64,000 nucleotides of DNA from NCBI RefSeq assembly GCF_006345805.1, contig NC_042999.1:130138001-130202000 (forward strand), read 5' to 3'. Each line of letters starts with the position of its first letter. The stretch's first letter is position 1. Below are positions 10,931 through 24,644 of the stretch, in pieces. The notes under the pieces are model-generated. The model saw only the letters and a program-made list of their open reading frames with translations. It was not told the DNA's origin and did no database searches. Both the position numbers and the translations under genes were made by a program. Source of the DNA: Octopus sinensis. Taxonomy: Eukaryota.

Positions 10931-11558
10931 ATCTGTCAAACGTAAAAAGAAATTACATTTGACACTTTAAAGAATATGCTACTGCATTTTGATTAGTAGA
11001 AAATCTTAGTGTTGTAGATCATACATCAATGGGCAAAAGATGTAATTTTTGTAAAACTGAGAAGAGACTCATACTAAATAACGTTAACAATTATTTAAAT
11101 TACCGACACAAACAAGATCAGAGCTCTTTACTAAATGTCTCAACTCCGATAGATACCTGTGAAATTTTGAAAATGTACATCATCACCAAATTAAGCACAT
11201 TATCTTTGACCTATAACGTTCTCTTTAAAATGTTTGATTTAAGCATTTTATAATACCTTACCAATGCATTTCCCCCTTCAAAAATCTACCCGAAATAAGA
11301 TGTCGAATGACGTGGGCGAATTCGTGCCTTAATTCCAACTTAAAATGCAGAAATACAGAGACGTGGTAGGTATCTAAATGAAGATTGGTTATGGGCAATA
11401 TACCATGCGAATTGGTGTTTGTATAACAGAACAGATGCAGATAGGCAGACAATAGATACCATATACATGTATACATATACCTGGAACATAATATTGTTTC
11501 CATGTGTCGGCTTGCATCTCTTCCTATATATATGTGTGTGTCTGTGCGTGTGTGTTTA

Positions 11559-11619
<61 letters not shown>

Positions 11620-12007
11620 GTGTGTATGTGTGTGTGTGTGTGTGTGTGTGTACACGAAGAGATCCGAGTGTACACATGGAAAATTAATACTATGTTCTAG
11701 GTTAAAGTGGATACAATACATACATCTGATATTCTAGGTTTTTACTCTCTGTTCTATTTTATTTACGTAGACATTGTTGTCATAACTTTAAGTAATTTAA
11801 TCCTCCATTTCTTATTGATCCTTCTCAAGGATAGATACCTCGCTTCTAAATGAGTTAGAAATGTGTCAAACATGCACACACACACACACATACACACCAC
11901 AAGGACACACGCACATGCACGTTGGTGGAAAAGTATAGGGGCCAACATCGTTCTTTTTTCGATCAGCTTCTTCTTCTTCTTCTTCTAAATTACATATATA
12001 AATATAG

Positions 12008-12058
<51 letters not shown>

Positions 12059-12067
12059 AATATATAT

Positions 12068-12098
<31 letters not shown>

Positions 12099-12100
12099 TT

Positions 12101-12750
12101 AGGAGAAGGAGAATTATATGGTATAATCCCACTTTCAACCTAGAAGTTCCCACCATAGGTGTTTCTTGTCGTTAATTAAGAAACACTTCCCCAGAGGCCA
12201 TAAGTTTTACAAACTTTTCAATTCGCATAATGTCAAGGTGAACTACTCCTGTTTAGACAACATCGCATCTAACATCACATGCATCAACAGACATAAAAAT
12301 GCACCCATACCACTCCAACTCCAACCTAAAACTGCCGAAACTCCACCATGTGCCCTCTAGATGGATCTTGTCTCTCAAGGGTCGTAGTATACAGAGCCAC
12401 CCTTACACCATCCGATGGCATTACTAGGCACTATACGGGTATGACAACTAATGGCTTCAAGGGAAAATACTTCCAACTTATGCACTCGTTCAGATCTAGG
12501 GATAAAGAACTATACCTCCCGGTCTCGTTTTCTCTGGTGACTCTGAGATGTCCGAGATGAAATATCTAGCATCAAGTGGACTATTGTCGACAGAGCGCCA
12601 CCATATTCATCCGGCGCCCCAACTGCCAGCTCTGCCTCCGCGAAAAACTGTCTTTCCTTCAACAACCCGCAGTATCTATCAACAAGAAATACGATTTATA
12701 GTATTGCTGTCACCAGAGATATGCCCTTCTGGCAAGTTTCAGGCCTAAGA
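12101..12750 (+). pseudogene. Penelope-like element: RT-thumb/linker and GIY-YIG endonuclease fragment
   Basis: RRRIIWYNP..., LIKKHFPRGHKFYKLFNSHNVKVNYSC, CPLDGSCLSRVVVYRAT...HYTGMT..FK, IKWTIV..A.PY...CQLCLREK across frameshifts. Confidence 0.85.
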
Positions 12751-13191
12751 CTGCCGACAACCCGGATATATCACCTTGGCACCAATTGCTACATTGCACC
12801 GGCTGCACCAAGGTCACCACCACCAACCAACCCCATGAGCAGAACCACATGAGGAGAACCACATGAGCAGAACACCCAATCCCCAACGTTTACCAACCCA
12901 CAACGCTTGACAATTCTCAAGGCTTACCAATCCCCAACGCTTGTTTTGCGCGTGTATACTCGCACACGCGCGCGTGCTAATGCACATGTGTATGCGCGTG
13001 CGTGTGTGCGCGCATACTGGTGTGCATGTCTACATGTATGCGAATATACATATGTACATGTGAATGAATATGCATGTGTGAGTGTATGCATGTATGCATG
13101 CCTATGCGTGTGTATGTGTGTGTCTGTGCGTGTTCATCCAAGCGCGCCCGCCTATGTATATATACTTTATTTAAAAAGTAGCAAAAATATC

Positions 13192-13238
13192 AAAAACTGT
13201 TACTCAGAGTCTCACGTTCCCGTTCGTCAGACAATTTT
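13192..13238 (-). ncRNA. Hammerhead motif (GAAA mutated to GAGA)
   Basis: Reverse complement AAAATTGT-CTGACGA-ACG GGAA CGT-GAGA-CTCTGAG-TA-ACAGTTTT. Confidence 0.6.
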
Positions 13239-13265
13239 GTTTAGAATGGAATAAAAATTCTAAAC

Positions 13266-13311
13266 AAAACTGTTCGACGAACGGGAACGTGAATCTCTGA
13301 GTAACAGTTTT
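13266..13311 (+). ncRNA. Hammerhead motif (core mutated)
   Basis: AAAACTGT-TCGACGA-ACG GGAA CGT-GAAT-CTCTGAG-TA-ACAGTTTT; the consensus with the inverted copy restores CTGACGA and GAAA. Confidence 0.55.
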
Positions 13312-13477
13312 TGTGATATTTTTGCTGCTTTTTAATAAAGCATATTACTCTACCTCTGGTATTCGAGTACTATTTTTTCCACCTTGTTTCGCATTTATGT
13401 GATTACTCTGATATATATATATGTATAAAAAATACAAACTGGAACAAAAACGCAATATTATATATATATATATATTA

Positions 13478-13524
<47 letters not shown>

Positions 13525-14564
13525 GCATATATATGTAACATATATATATGTAATATATATATGTATATATATATATTTATACATATAAATGCATGTATGT
13601 ATTTATGTGTGTGTGTCTTTGAGTCTATTTGTATATTTGTTCCCACCACCGCTTGACAACCGGTGTTGGTTTGTTTACGGTCCCGTCACTAATCGCTTCG
13701 GCAAAAAATGCGAAAGTGCTTCCAGTTGCTTTAAACTAACAAATCAACCGTCTCTGACAATGTTTCTTCCGTTACATTAAAAAATGTACTCCACAGCTAG
13801 CTGCTGTACTCATCAAAACTCTTCAGTTTCTTTCTCGATCTTTAGAAATATACGACAGTCTATTGCTTTCCTTATTAAGGTAGTTCCTCTGACACTACCA
13901 AGTACCATACTGTCACCAAACTCAGTACCATACTATCGCCAAACTCAGCCATTAACAATAACTTGCTCCAATTCTTGAATATTTCCCCTCTTTAATGGCT
14001 ACAAGCACGGCTTTTATAAAGCCAGACATACTGACATACTCCAATAACACTTGCCCGACAGAAATTTGGTGGAAGCAGTGTTGTTGCTCTCGTAATCAAC
14101 AAAGCTTTCGACCATGATTAGCGTGCTAATCTTTTATTCACTTTTATTAACCTCTTTTACGGTTCATATGCATCCTTTACATTTCTGAAGGTTCACCTCT
14201 ATGTGTACGCAGAACTTAAGTTCAAAAGCACTTGAGCTTCATTGCTTCTCGCCTCTAGGATGGACTTCTTCATGTCAGATACACGAAATCTATCAACACT
14301 TGTTTGTTTGTGCCCCGGTATTGGATTTAATCTCTAACACTCATCTTCCTGTACATCAACAATCCACCTCCTTTCATCTCCAACGCAGATAATATCACCC
14401 TTCAATCTATCCAATCTTTTCACAAGCGTCATCCACATGCAATCTAGTTTATGAAAGCAAAGTCTGAATTGACTTCATGAACAGAGATCTTGAAAACATC
14501 CTTCAACGTGGTCACATTGATCTTGTCTTACTAAAGCACGATAATGCACAGACATGCACATATC

Positions 14565-14737
14565 TATTTCTTTACTACCCACAAGGGGCTAAACACAGAG
14601 AGGACAAACAAGGACAGACAAACGGATTAGGTCGATTATATCGACCTCGGCGGAATTTAAACTCAGAACGTAACGGCAGACGAAATACGGCTACGCATTT
14701 CGCCCGGCGTGCTAACGTTTCTACCAGCTCGCCGCCT
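14565..14737 (-). mobile_element. SINE family B (internally deleted) with 20-bp TSD
   Basis: Matches 17071-17306; TSD TGCACAGACATG(C/T)ACATATC. Confidence 0.85.
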
Positions 14738-17070
14738 TGCACAGACATGTACATATCAAAAAAACAACATAGAAAAATATTATGACACTTCGCCTCTTTA
14801 ACATGAACAACATGCACCTAGTACCCTCACTACAATGCGTGAAATGCTATGCCTCGCAGATAATCCCGCAATCGTTTTTTTTTTTTGGTGGGGGGCGGAG
14901 GGGGTCTAATACCTAACAATATTGGAAATATTGCAAATTATTTAAAATGCACGCTGTTAATTTTCGTACTCCACCTCACTTGATTTAAACTGATAATGTA
15001 GCCGCTATTAATAATAAGAAACTGAAAATATTAGAAATTACGTATGTAGTTTTAATACTTCTAGTAGTTTTCTTGTCTCTAGCTCTTCTATTAATAATAC
15101 ATTTTGATCTACTGTAAGTATTACTATTGATTCTATGCCTCTTCCTAACAACGGTTTTAGTTATAATATAACCAATAATTCCTCACTACCTAGTAAGGTT
15201 AATAGTATCAAAATTTAATTGGGACATTAAAGATTAATCTATTTCATGGTCACTTATACGAACAAGGGGTGGGTGGGGAGCTGTAATTTATGTTGCATGG
15301 AGGTATTTGACATCCTAAGATGTAGGTCTGAGCTAATTAATAAACGTAATGAGTTGTTAATAAGTTGTCACACCAATTTAATAAACTCTTTTTAATGATT
15401 CCATTTAGCTAACCTACATATCATGAAATTATAATTGGATGTACATTTCTATTGCTTGTACTTTAATTTTTACAGTTACTTTTCTGATTTTTTTCGTACT
15501 TGTAGTTCTACAACCCTTTTTATCCTTTGTAAAGATATTGACTGTTTTCTAGAGTATTGATCGTTAAATTATAACCTCGCTCCTAACTATCGCAATGATC
15601 CACATTTCACTTTTTCTCTTTCTTGTACTATAATTTCTCTTTCTTGTATAAGTGTTTACTTGTTTAGTATATTGGAATGATTTTAATATATTATTAAATC
15701 TAGACTATGATTTGGCTAGATATTCTACACGGTTTCACGGGACATTAACCGTCCCCTTTACCGGTACCTCTTTACTTCTAAATTTCTAGTTTTCTATCTT
15801 CCTATTCTTCATAATCCTCTTACATTTTCTATCTCCTTCTTTCTTTCTCATTCATTCCCTTCCCCTTTCTTCTCTTTTATCCTCCTTATTTCGTCGATGT
15901 TGCTCTTGACGTACTCATTTCCCTTAATGTTACCTTGCGATTTTGTTATCATTCTGTTCACCGCTACACATATTTGAATACCTTCCTCTCTGTTCAGACA
16001 GCCTGCTATAGTGTTCATCTTTTCTCTCACCTGAGCTAGTTTGCCTTGATGTCATAGTCCATCTTATCTAGTAGTATACACGATTTTCTGTCTATATAAT
16101 TCCTATACTTCGTTCCTTACCCTAGGGATGTCAATATGGTTTCTTTCTCACTACAATACTCTAAAACACACTCACTGCTTATATTTATAAACGTGTTTAT
16201 CCATAAGTAAGTACATCACGCCTTCTGAAAATCATCATGAAATGACAGGAGTGGGTTTCCTTCAATATTGCATGAAGTCGCATAATCATTGTTTGTATTT
16301 GTTCCTGCATATTCAACGGTTTATATACTTAACCTGTTATCGAAACAATTGTAACTGGATATTAAATGTGATATTAATGTTTTCATTCCTAAATTCTTTT
16401 TATGTTACACTCAGCAATTTATGAAAATTTCCTGAATTTTCAATTTGTGTGAAACATTTAAGACTTACTGGATTGTTTTTCCCCTACGTTCATCCTGTTA
16501 TCTGGGAGTTTGCAAGAGTGCTGACTGAGATAATGGCCTAGATCCAACAAATTCCCATTACGTACTGTATATAAATGTGTGTATGTGTATGGTTATGCTG
16601 GGCGTGAAAGTATATGTACATATATATCTTTGCATACACACATACACACACATTTACGCATAAATGTGACAGGCATCTGCACAGTTTATATATATATATA
16701 CAAAATTCCACTTACAAGACGTTCGTCAGTCGGAACCTAAGCAGAAGACACTCGTAAAGTTTGCTCCGCAGCAGTATTGAGCTCAGAACCGCGTGGTTGG
16801 AAAGACAAACGGTTGTAGTGCTTTAATTTCATTTACACAGCAAAAATACTTGAAAGTGGACTAACTAAATAAATAAACTAAATAAACAATCTGAAAGCCC
16901 AAAACAACAAAAAAAAAGAGGGAAAAAAAGCATGACTTTATACTGACACATTTGTCGCCTCTTTCAAAACGACACCTTGCACTAATATGAGAAATGTTGA
17001 AAGTACAAGGAGAGTGGTCGGATATAACTAAGTATATAAATTTCTCCACTATATATAAATTTCTTCGCCT

Positions 17071-17306
17071 AAGGCGGCGAATTGGCAGAGACGTTAGCAC
17101 GCCGGGCGAAGTGCTTCGCGGTATTTCGCCCGTCGCTACGTTCTGAGTTCAAATTCCGCCGAGGTCGACTTTGCCTTTCATCCTTTCGGGATCGATAAAT
17201 TAAGTACCAGTTACACACTGGGGTCGATGTAATCGACTTAATCCGTTTGTCTGTCCTTGTTTGTCTCCTCTATGTTTAGCCCCTTGTGGATAATAAAGAA
17301 ACATAT
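17071..17306 (+). mobile_element. SINE family B, full length, 20-bp TSD
   Basis: GGCGGCGAATTGGCAGA...GAGTTCAAATTCC B box, GCCTTTCATCCTTTCGGGATCGATAAATTAAGTACCAG body; TSD ATATATAAATTTCTTCGCCT. Confidence 0.9.
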
Positions 17307-17758
17307 ATATATAAATTTCTTCGCCTGTCACTTATGTGTATAAAAATTTCTTCGCCTGTCACTTATGTGTATAATAATTAACTCACAAATAAATAGATCC
17401 CCTCTCCTCTCTCTCACACACACACACATTCATTCCTGACTAGGGAATGTAGTTTGGCAGCAAGTTTTATTGTACCAACTCATAGCACTTTCCTGTTATT
17501 TATTTTAGATGGCCATGTCATTGGAATCATAGACACTTCTTATCGTGAGCTCAACACCCAGAGCCACTAGGGACTATTGACTAAATATGACTTGGCCAAG
17601 TGTGTTACATATTATACATAGATACGTATATATAATTGAAAAAATAGAGTCAACAAGAAGTACGGTTAGACAGCTACTTAATAAACACATTACATACATA
17701 CATATAATAGGAAATATTATTATTATTATATTATTATTATTATTATTATTATTGTAAT

Positions 17759-17972
17759 AAGGCGGCGAGCTGGTAGAATCGTTAGCACGGCGGGTAAAAT
17801 GCTTAGCGGCATTTCGTCCGTCTTTCTGAGTTCAAATTCCGCCGAGGTTGATTTTACCTTTTATCCTTTTGATGTCGATAAATTAAGTACCTGTGAAACA
17901 CTAGGGGATTAATGTAATCGACTAGTCCCCTTCCCCCCAAATTTCAGATCTTGTGCCTATATTAGAAAGGAT
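17759..17972 (+). mobile_element. SINE family B variant
   Basis: Same head and body as 17071, with a different 3' end. Confidence 0.8.
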
Positions 17973-18006
17973 TCTTCTTCTTCTTTTCTTCTTCTTCTTC
18001 TCCTCC

Positions 18007-18038
<32 letters not shown>

Positions 18039-18204
18039 TCTTCTTCTTCTTCTTCTTCTTCTTCTTCTTTTCTTCTTCTTCTTCTTCTTCTCTTCTTCTT
18101 CTTGCTGCTGCTGCTGTTTCTAAAAACCACAAAAAACTACTCTAGTTTCTAAAAACCACAAAAAACTACTCTAGTTTCTAAAACCACAAAAAAACTACTC
18201 TAGG
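17973..18204. repeat. (CTT/CCT)n tract followed by three tandem units of about 29 bp
   Basis: GTTTCTAAAA(A)CCACAAAAAACTACTCTA repeated three times. Confidence 0.9.
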
Positions 18205-18326
18205 TAGTTGTATTTCACCAGGTTTTATGTGGTTATTTATATCTTTTCGCTTTTAACTGATCGAATACTATACTTGTTGAAATTTGTACCACACACTATA
18301 AACACACACACATACATGCACATAGT

Positions 18327-18369
<43 letters not shown>

Positions 18370-18781
18370 ACACACACACACACACACAGGTATGCATGAT
18401 ATATGTGTATATAAATATACACGTATCTAATACACACATATTCGCCCTCACACACGCCCATATATATTACTGTATCGACTTGATTATGGATATTATCTAC
18501 CACCGGTCCCAATGCTATTCCTTGCATTGTTGCTGCTTTCAAATGATGCCACTCCGCTAACAAGGTGGGCAGACCATTTTCCCCTGATCGGAACAACCAG
18601 TTCATCACAGGGTTATTATCCAAAGAAAAAACAAAAAAAACGCACAGCTTGTTCAGGAATGGAAACCATGATCTTGTGATCGTAAGCGCAACACCCTAAC
18701 CACCTGTCCACACACACAAACACACACACACTCACAAACACACACGCAGATATTCATATTACACGCACATATACAGATATA

Positions 18782-19041
18782 ATAAAAATAAATAAATGCA
18801 CCCTTTTAAAGCCTAGCCAGGCTCATGGGCCCGGTTTCCCGGTTCCTATGGCGCATGTGTTCCCCAGCTGGACGGGACGCCAGTCCATCGCAGCGTTACT
18901 CATTTTTGCCAGCTGAGTGGACTGGAGTAACGTGAAATGAAGTGTTTTGCTCAAGAACACAACGCGTCGCCCGGTCCAGGAATCGAAACCACAATCTTAC
19001 GATCATGGTGCTGATACCCTAACCACTAAGCCACGCGCCTC
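18782..19041 (-). mobile_element. tRNA-derived SINE (family C) with 16-bp TSD
   Basis: Reverse-complement head GGAGGCGCGTGGCTTAGTGGTTAGG...GGTTTCGATTCC; TSD CACATATACAGATATA. Confidence 0.85.
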
Positions 19042-19072
19042 CACATATACAGATATACATATTATATTACAT

Positions 19073-19172
<100 letters not shown>

Positions 19173-19983
19173 AAAGAGAGGAAGACAGAGATTCTCTATG
19201 AAGCTACACATAGTAACAATTTTATTGTGGATATCGGCAAGTTGAATGCTTCTCAGTGACTAACAGTCAGTATCACAGTATCGTCTCGAGATCTCAGACT
19301 GTCCGAGGATTCCTTTCCGAGATGGAACTACTGGTCACTGTGAGACCTTGAACTTTCTATTACCCACCCCTAGTTCATACATACACGCATAAATACATAT
19401 GCGAAAAATACACACACATATATTATATATAAGCGCAGGGATGGCTTTGTGGCCTGAGATTTGCTAAGCAACTATGTATTTACAGGTCCAGTCGAAATGC
19501 GCGATACTTTAGCCAAGTGTCGTCCTTCTATTATAATCCCGAGTCGACCAACGCTTTGTGCATGAATCTTATTGGGGGGAAACTGTGTGGAAGCCATCGT
19601 ATGTGTGTGTATGTGTGTATGTGTGTGTGTGGGCGTGCGTGGGGGCGTGTGCGTGTGCGTGTGTGTCCCACTGTTTGACATTTGTTGTCTCGTTTGATGC
19701 TTTGTAAGTTAACGTTTTAGGAAAAAAAATAAACAAAACAAAGCAAAACAACAACAACAACAAAAACAACAACAGAAAAGACCCCCCAGGAATGATAGAA
19801 TATGTACTAATGTTTATAATGTATATACTGGCGGTGATTTGTCCGACGAAACCTTTCAAGGTGGTGTCCCACTATGGCCGCAGTCCAATGACTCAAACAA
19901 ACGAATATATCTCAGCACACACTCATGTATACACTTACACACGCACGTATGTATTTATCTATGAACGAATGTATGTATGTATG

Positions 19984-20015
<32 letters not shown>

Positions 20016-20479
20016 TGTATGTATGTATGTATGTATGTATGTATAATTATATATATATATATTATATATATATATCTATATATTATATATATATATTATA
20101 TATATGGATGTATCTGTGTGTGTGTGTATCTACACAAGCGCGCGCTCTACGTAATCGAACACAATCACAAATATATGCAGATTAGATTGGTGCCTGATCA
20201 TTCTGCGAAGAGCACGCAAACCTACGCAAGCGTTTAGGCCAACGCTCCAGTTTAGTAGTAACATCTTGGTTAGCTCACATGTAGGTGGGTGGCGTTCACT
20301 GAACGAATATAAACATAAGGATCGAATTCTGTCGTTCGACTTCGCTCTTCTCTTTCTCCCTCAATAAAAATATCACAATCACTGCTTCTCTTCCTATTCC
20401 CCACTCCCCCTCCTTCTCTCGCTGTTTCCTTCTCTCTCTTTCTCTCTCTCTGTGCTACTTCGTCTTTCCTTCATTGACT

Positions 20480-20925
20480 CCGACGCCGCAGCCGGTCGAC
20501 TGATTGGCGTGCTTGCCTAGGACTTTCGTACAGCTCCGAAGAAAACAAAAACAAACAAACAAACAAAAACAAAAAATTAAAATAAAATTAATTTTACTCT
20601 CACAAAGTGATATTTCGAGACGAAAGAACAAAGGGAGCAACAGTGAAGAATCATACAAAGATATATAAATATATATATATATACATATATATACATTTAA
20701 AGATTGTTATGGAACAACTAGGAGAATTTCGAAGAAGACTATGGAACTAAAACGAATTATATTTAAAAGGCAACAGTATCTTGTATACATTTTTGAAAAC
20801 GGGTGGTGTTGAAAGAAAGAAAAATAAAAAAAAAACGTAATAAATGATTAAGAGGAATAACTAAACAAGTAACGTACTTCTTTATGAATACCCGGAATAA
20901 TAATAATAATAACAACAACAACAAC

Positions 20926-20982
<57 letters not shown>

Positions 20983-21193
20983 TATAATCTCGTCCGATAT
21001 CCAGCGAAAGATCGAGAAAACTTCGGAAATTACTCCTCGATTCAGTAAAAGTCCAAAAAAAATACTTAAAAGAGGAAAAATAGAAAACGATAAACGGCAA
21101 CTAAAAAGATCTGACTAAAATATACAAGGACACAACAATTAGTAATTTTAAAAAGGAGAGTCAAAAAAAGGCAGGAACATTTAAATTGTCCAA
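20480..21193 (+). other. Candidate promoter plus first (largely non-coding) exon of a host gene
   Basis: CpG-enriched patch with reverse CCAAT (CTGATTGG, about 20500), an A-rich UTR-like body free of recognised transposons, and donor AA|GTGAGT at 21194. Confidence 0.35.
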
Positions 21194-21308
21194 GTGAGTA
21201 AACATTTACGTTAATCTTTTTTCTTTGTATTTTCGCCTTTCTTACTTGTTTTGTTTCGTCACTTTAGTTATGACATTGACCACTGATCGATCAACCGATC
21301 TGTCACTT

Positions 21309-21339
<31 letters not shown>

Positions 21340-21483
21340 CACTCACTCACTCACCCAATCAATCAAATAATCAATCGTTATTATATGACATGTCAGAGCA
21401 GACGAACTGTGTTTTAACCTTGTTGGTGAACTGAATCAATTTAATCGAAGGCAATCATTGACGAAGACAAGGACAAACTGGGT

Positions 21484-21580
<97 letters not shown>

Positions 21581-21690
21581 CCTTCTCACTAATACACATA
21601 CGCACACAAACTCTCTCTCATACCCACACACGCAGACACACACACACACAAATACACACTCACACACACACAATAACACAGACAGACACA

Positions 21691-21754
<64 letters not shown>

Positions 21755-22433
21755 ACAAACACACAAACACAACACGTACAAGGAATTTCAAAACAACGCA
21801 CCTTTACAGATGTTATATACATTCTATATACATACTATATACAAAATCTATACACATGCTACATATATTCCACACACACACACACACACACACACAATAT
21901 ACACCTCGCTATACACTTCATACACACTACTTGTATGTCCACTCGTCATATACAACCCTTTCCCCTACGCACATTCAATAGATTATACACGCGTGCACAT
22001 ACACCGAAATTGTACATTTTCTGAAATGTACATAACAAAACACGACACACGTATATACGTACGTAAAAAAAAATGTCCACACAAAACGCAAGTATACACA
22101 GATAGTCACGCATTAGCACACACCCAGAAATTATACAAACCCACCCACACATATTGCACTCCAACATATAGCAGGGAGTGGTTCTACAGGGAAGATGAAT
22201 GTTTCGAGCGAAGCATGAACACAATTAAATATGTTGGTATGTAACTGCGATCGAATTTGCACGCGCGCGCGCGCACACACACGTACACACACACACACTT
22301 ATACATACACACACATACACATGTATATACATATATACATACATATACATACATATATATATGCATGTATATATGTATGTATGTATGTATGTATGCATGA
22401 ATGTACATGTGTATATAATATATATATATATAT

Positions 22434-22960
22434 TTTATATAAGGGCTTAGTAAAATAAATTACTTTGCCACATACTGAACTCATTAGAAATAGCAGCTAA
22501 AGAATTTCTTCAGCTATTTCTAATACTTAAAGAAGATCTCTCTCAGATAGTGTTTGCCTAAACTAACTCACAAAAGTAGGGGGAAAAACATAAAAAATCA
22601 AGTGCAAAGGTTATTTGAGAACGTACGTTTCTAGATTAGTCAATTCGACATTTTTTCTTTCTTCACTCAGAATTCCTTGAATCGGATTTGGGAACACTTA
22701 AAGTCGGGAGCATACTCTTTCGGCTTCTAATCACCTATAGAATTCTGCTCGAACTAAAAGTGCTATCAATTCGAATATGCAAGCAAGAATTTCAAATAGC
22801 TGAAGAAATTTCTTTAGCTGCTATTTCTAATGAGTTCAGTATGTGGCAAAGTATTTATTTTACTAAGCCCTTATATATAATGTAATATTTTGAATTCGCC
22901 TATAATGGTCCCTTACATACTGAACACTTGGTGAAACTGATTAATAATATTAATTTTACC
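22434..22960. mobile_element. Penelope-like segment with about 85-bp inverted ends
   Basis: 22436-22520 is the reverse complement of 22793-22878; flanked by TA repeats. Confidence 0.6.
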
Positions 22961-23037
22961 CTCAATTGTTGAAAATATATATATATATATATATATATAT
23001 CTATATATTATATACACACACACATACATACATACTA

Positions 23038-23087
<50 letters not shown>

Positions 23088-23393
23088 ATGTAAATATATA
23101 ATGCACACGCATTTAGAGGAACTGTATACGCACACACACACACGCATATGCATGTATGTATGTATGTATGTATGTATGTATGTATGTATGTATGTATGTA
23201 TGTATGTGTATTAAAGTTCATTTGTGTATCCGTATGGGTATATACGTTAATATGTCTGCAGCTATAAAGTTTTTAGAATATCTGAATGTGTATAATTTAT
23301 TTGCGTGTGAGTATGTGCGCGTAGGTTTGCATACAACAAATTAGATTTAATCAATTGCTTCTACGTGTGTGAGCGTGTGTGTATATATATAAA

Positions 23394-23441
<48 letters not shown>

Positions 23442-24134
23442 GCATGTATGTATATAAATGTATACGTATTTATATATTGTGAGTGCATAATGTAGATACA
23501 AGTACATCCATTAATGAATGAATTTGCTTGTATAATATGTATGTATGTATGTATGTATGGATGTGATGGATGGATGGATGGATGGATGGATGGATGGATG
23601 GGTGGGTGCATGCATGCATGGATGTACAGGCCCCTTAGTTCAACATCGCACCAGGATCCTTGGGTGACATTGAATGTGGGCTTCATCGGATTCAATTCTG
23701 AGATGTCCTGCTCGGGTCATGCGCACTGTTCCTCCTGAATGTCATACGAAAAAAATGACATACGAAAAAAAATGTACACACTCTATTCAAATACATATAC
23801 ATATGTGTAGAAATATGTGTATGCTATTAACGTATATACTTACGCGCGCGCACGTCCTCATCCACACAGACACATATGGTCTAGTGGTTAAGTCCATGAT
23901 GATCATCAGGACGTGTGCTCGATCTCTGGACTAGGCAGAATGTGATGTTCTTCAACAGGGCACTTCATTTCAACGCCTTAAAGGATCTTTAGTTAAACAA
24001 GTCAACCCCAGGACTTATTTTTTAAAACCTGGTACTTATTCTATCGTATATTTTTGCCGAAGCGCTAATCCGGTTGTCAAGCGGTGATGAGGTGACAACA
24101 CCAAGCACACACACAAACATCCATACATAATATA

Positions 24135-24210
<76 letters not shown>

Positions 24211-24223
24211 TATATTTTTATTC

Positions 24224-24505
24224 CTTCTCGAGCCATGCCTGGCTAATAAGCGCCGGTTTCCCGGTTTCCTTGGCGTATAAGTTCCCTACCTGGACGGGAC
24301 GCCGGTCCGTTGCAGGTGAGCTACAAGATGCAGGAGGAAAGAGTGAGAGAAAGTTGTGGCGAAAGAGTCAGCAGAAGTTCGTCATTACCTTCTGCCGGAG
24401 CCGCGCGGAGCTTGGTGTTTCGCTCATAAACACACACATCGCCCGGTCTGAGATTCGAACCCGCGGCCCTCGACCGCGAGTCCACTGCTCTAACCACTAG
24501 GCCAT
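24224..24505 (-). mobile_element. tRNA-derived SINE (family C variant)
   Basis: Reverse complement TGGCCTAGTGGTTAGAGCAGTGGACTCGCGGTCG...GGTTCGAATCTC; head like 42706, tail like 18782. Confidence 0.8.
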
Positions 24506-24582
<77 letters not shown>

Positions 24583-24588
24583 GTATAT

Positions 24589-24619
<31 letters not shown>

Positions 24620-24644
24620 GCACATACATATATATATATATTAC

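Larger units (their letters stand above)
13167..13405. mobile_element. Penelope-like inverted terminal segment carrying two HHR motifs
   Basis: 13167-13247 is the reverse complement of about 13257-13338; bordered by TA repeats. Confidence 0.75.

Noticed and set aside
11262-11338. Minus-strand exon with GTAAGG donor
   Set aside because: Splice signals only; peptide unrecognisable and no partner exons found.
18116-18204. CRISPR-like array of about 29-bp repeats
   Set aside because: Head-to-tail with no spacers, in a eukaryotic context; a minisatellite.
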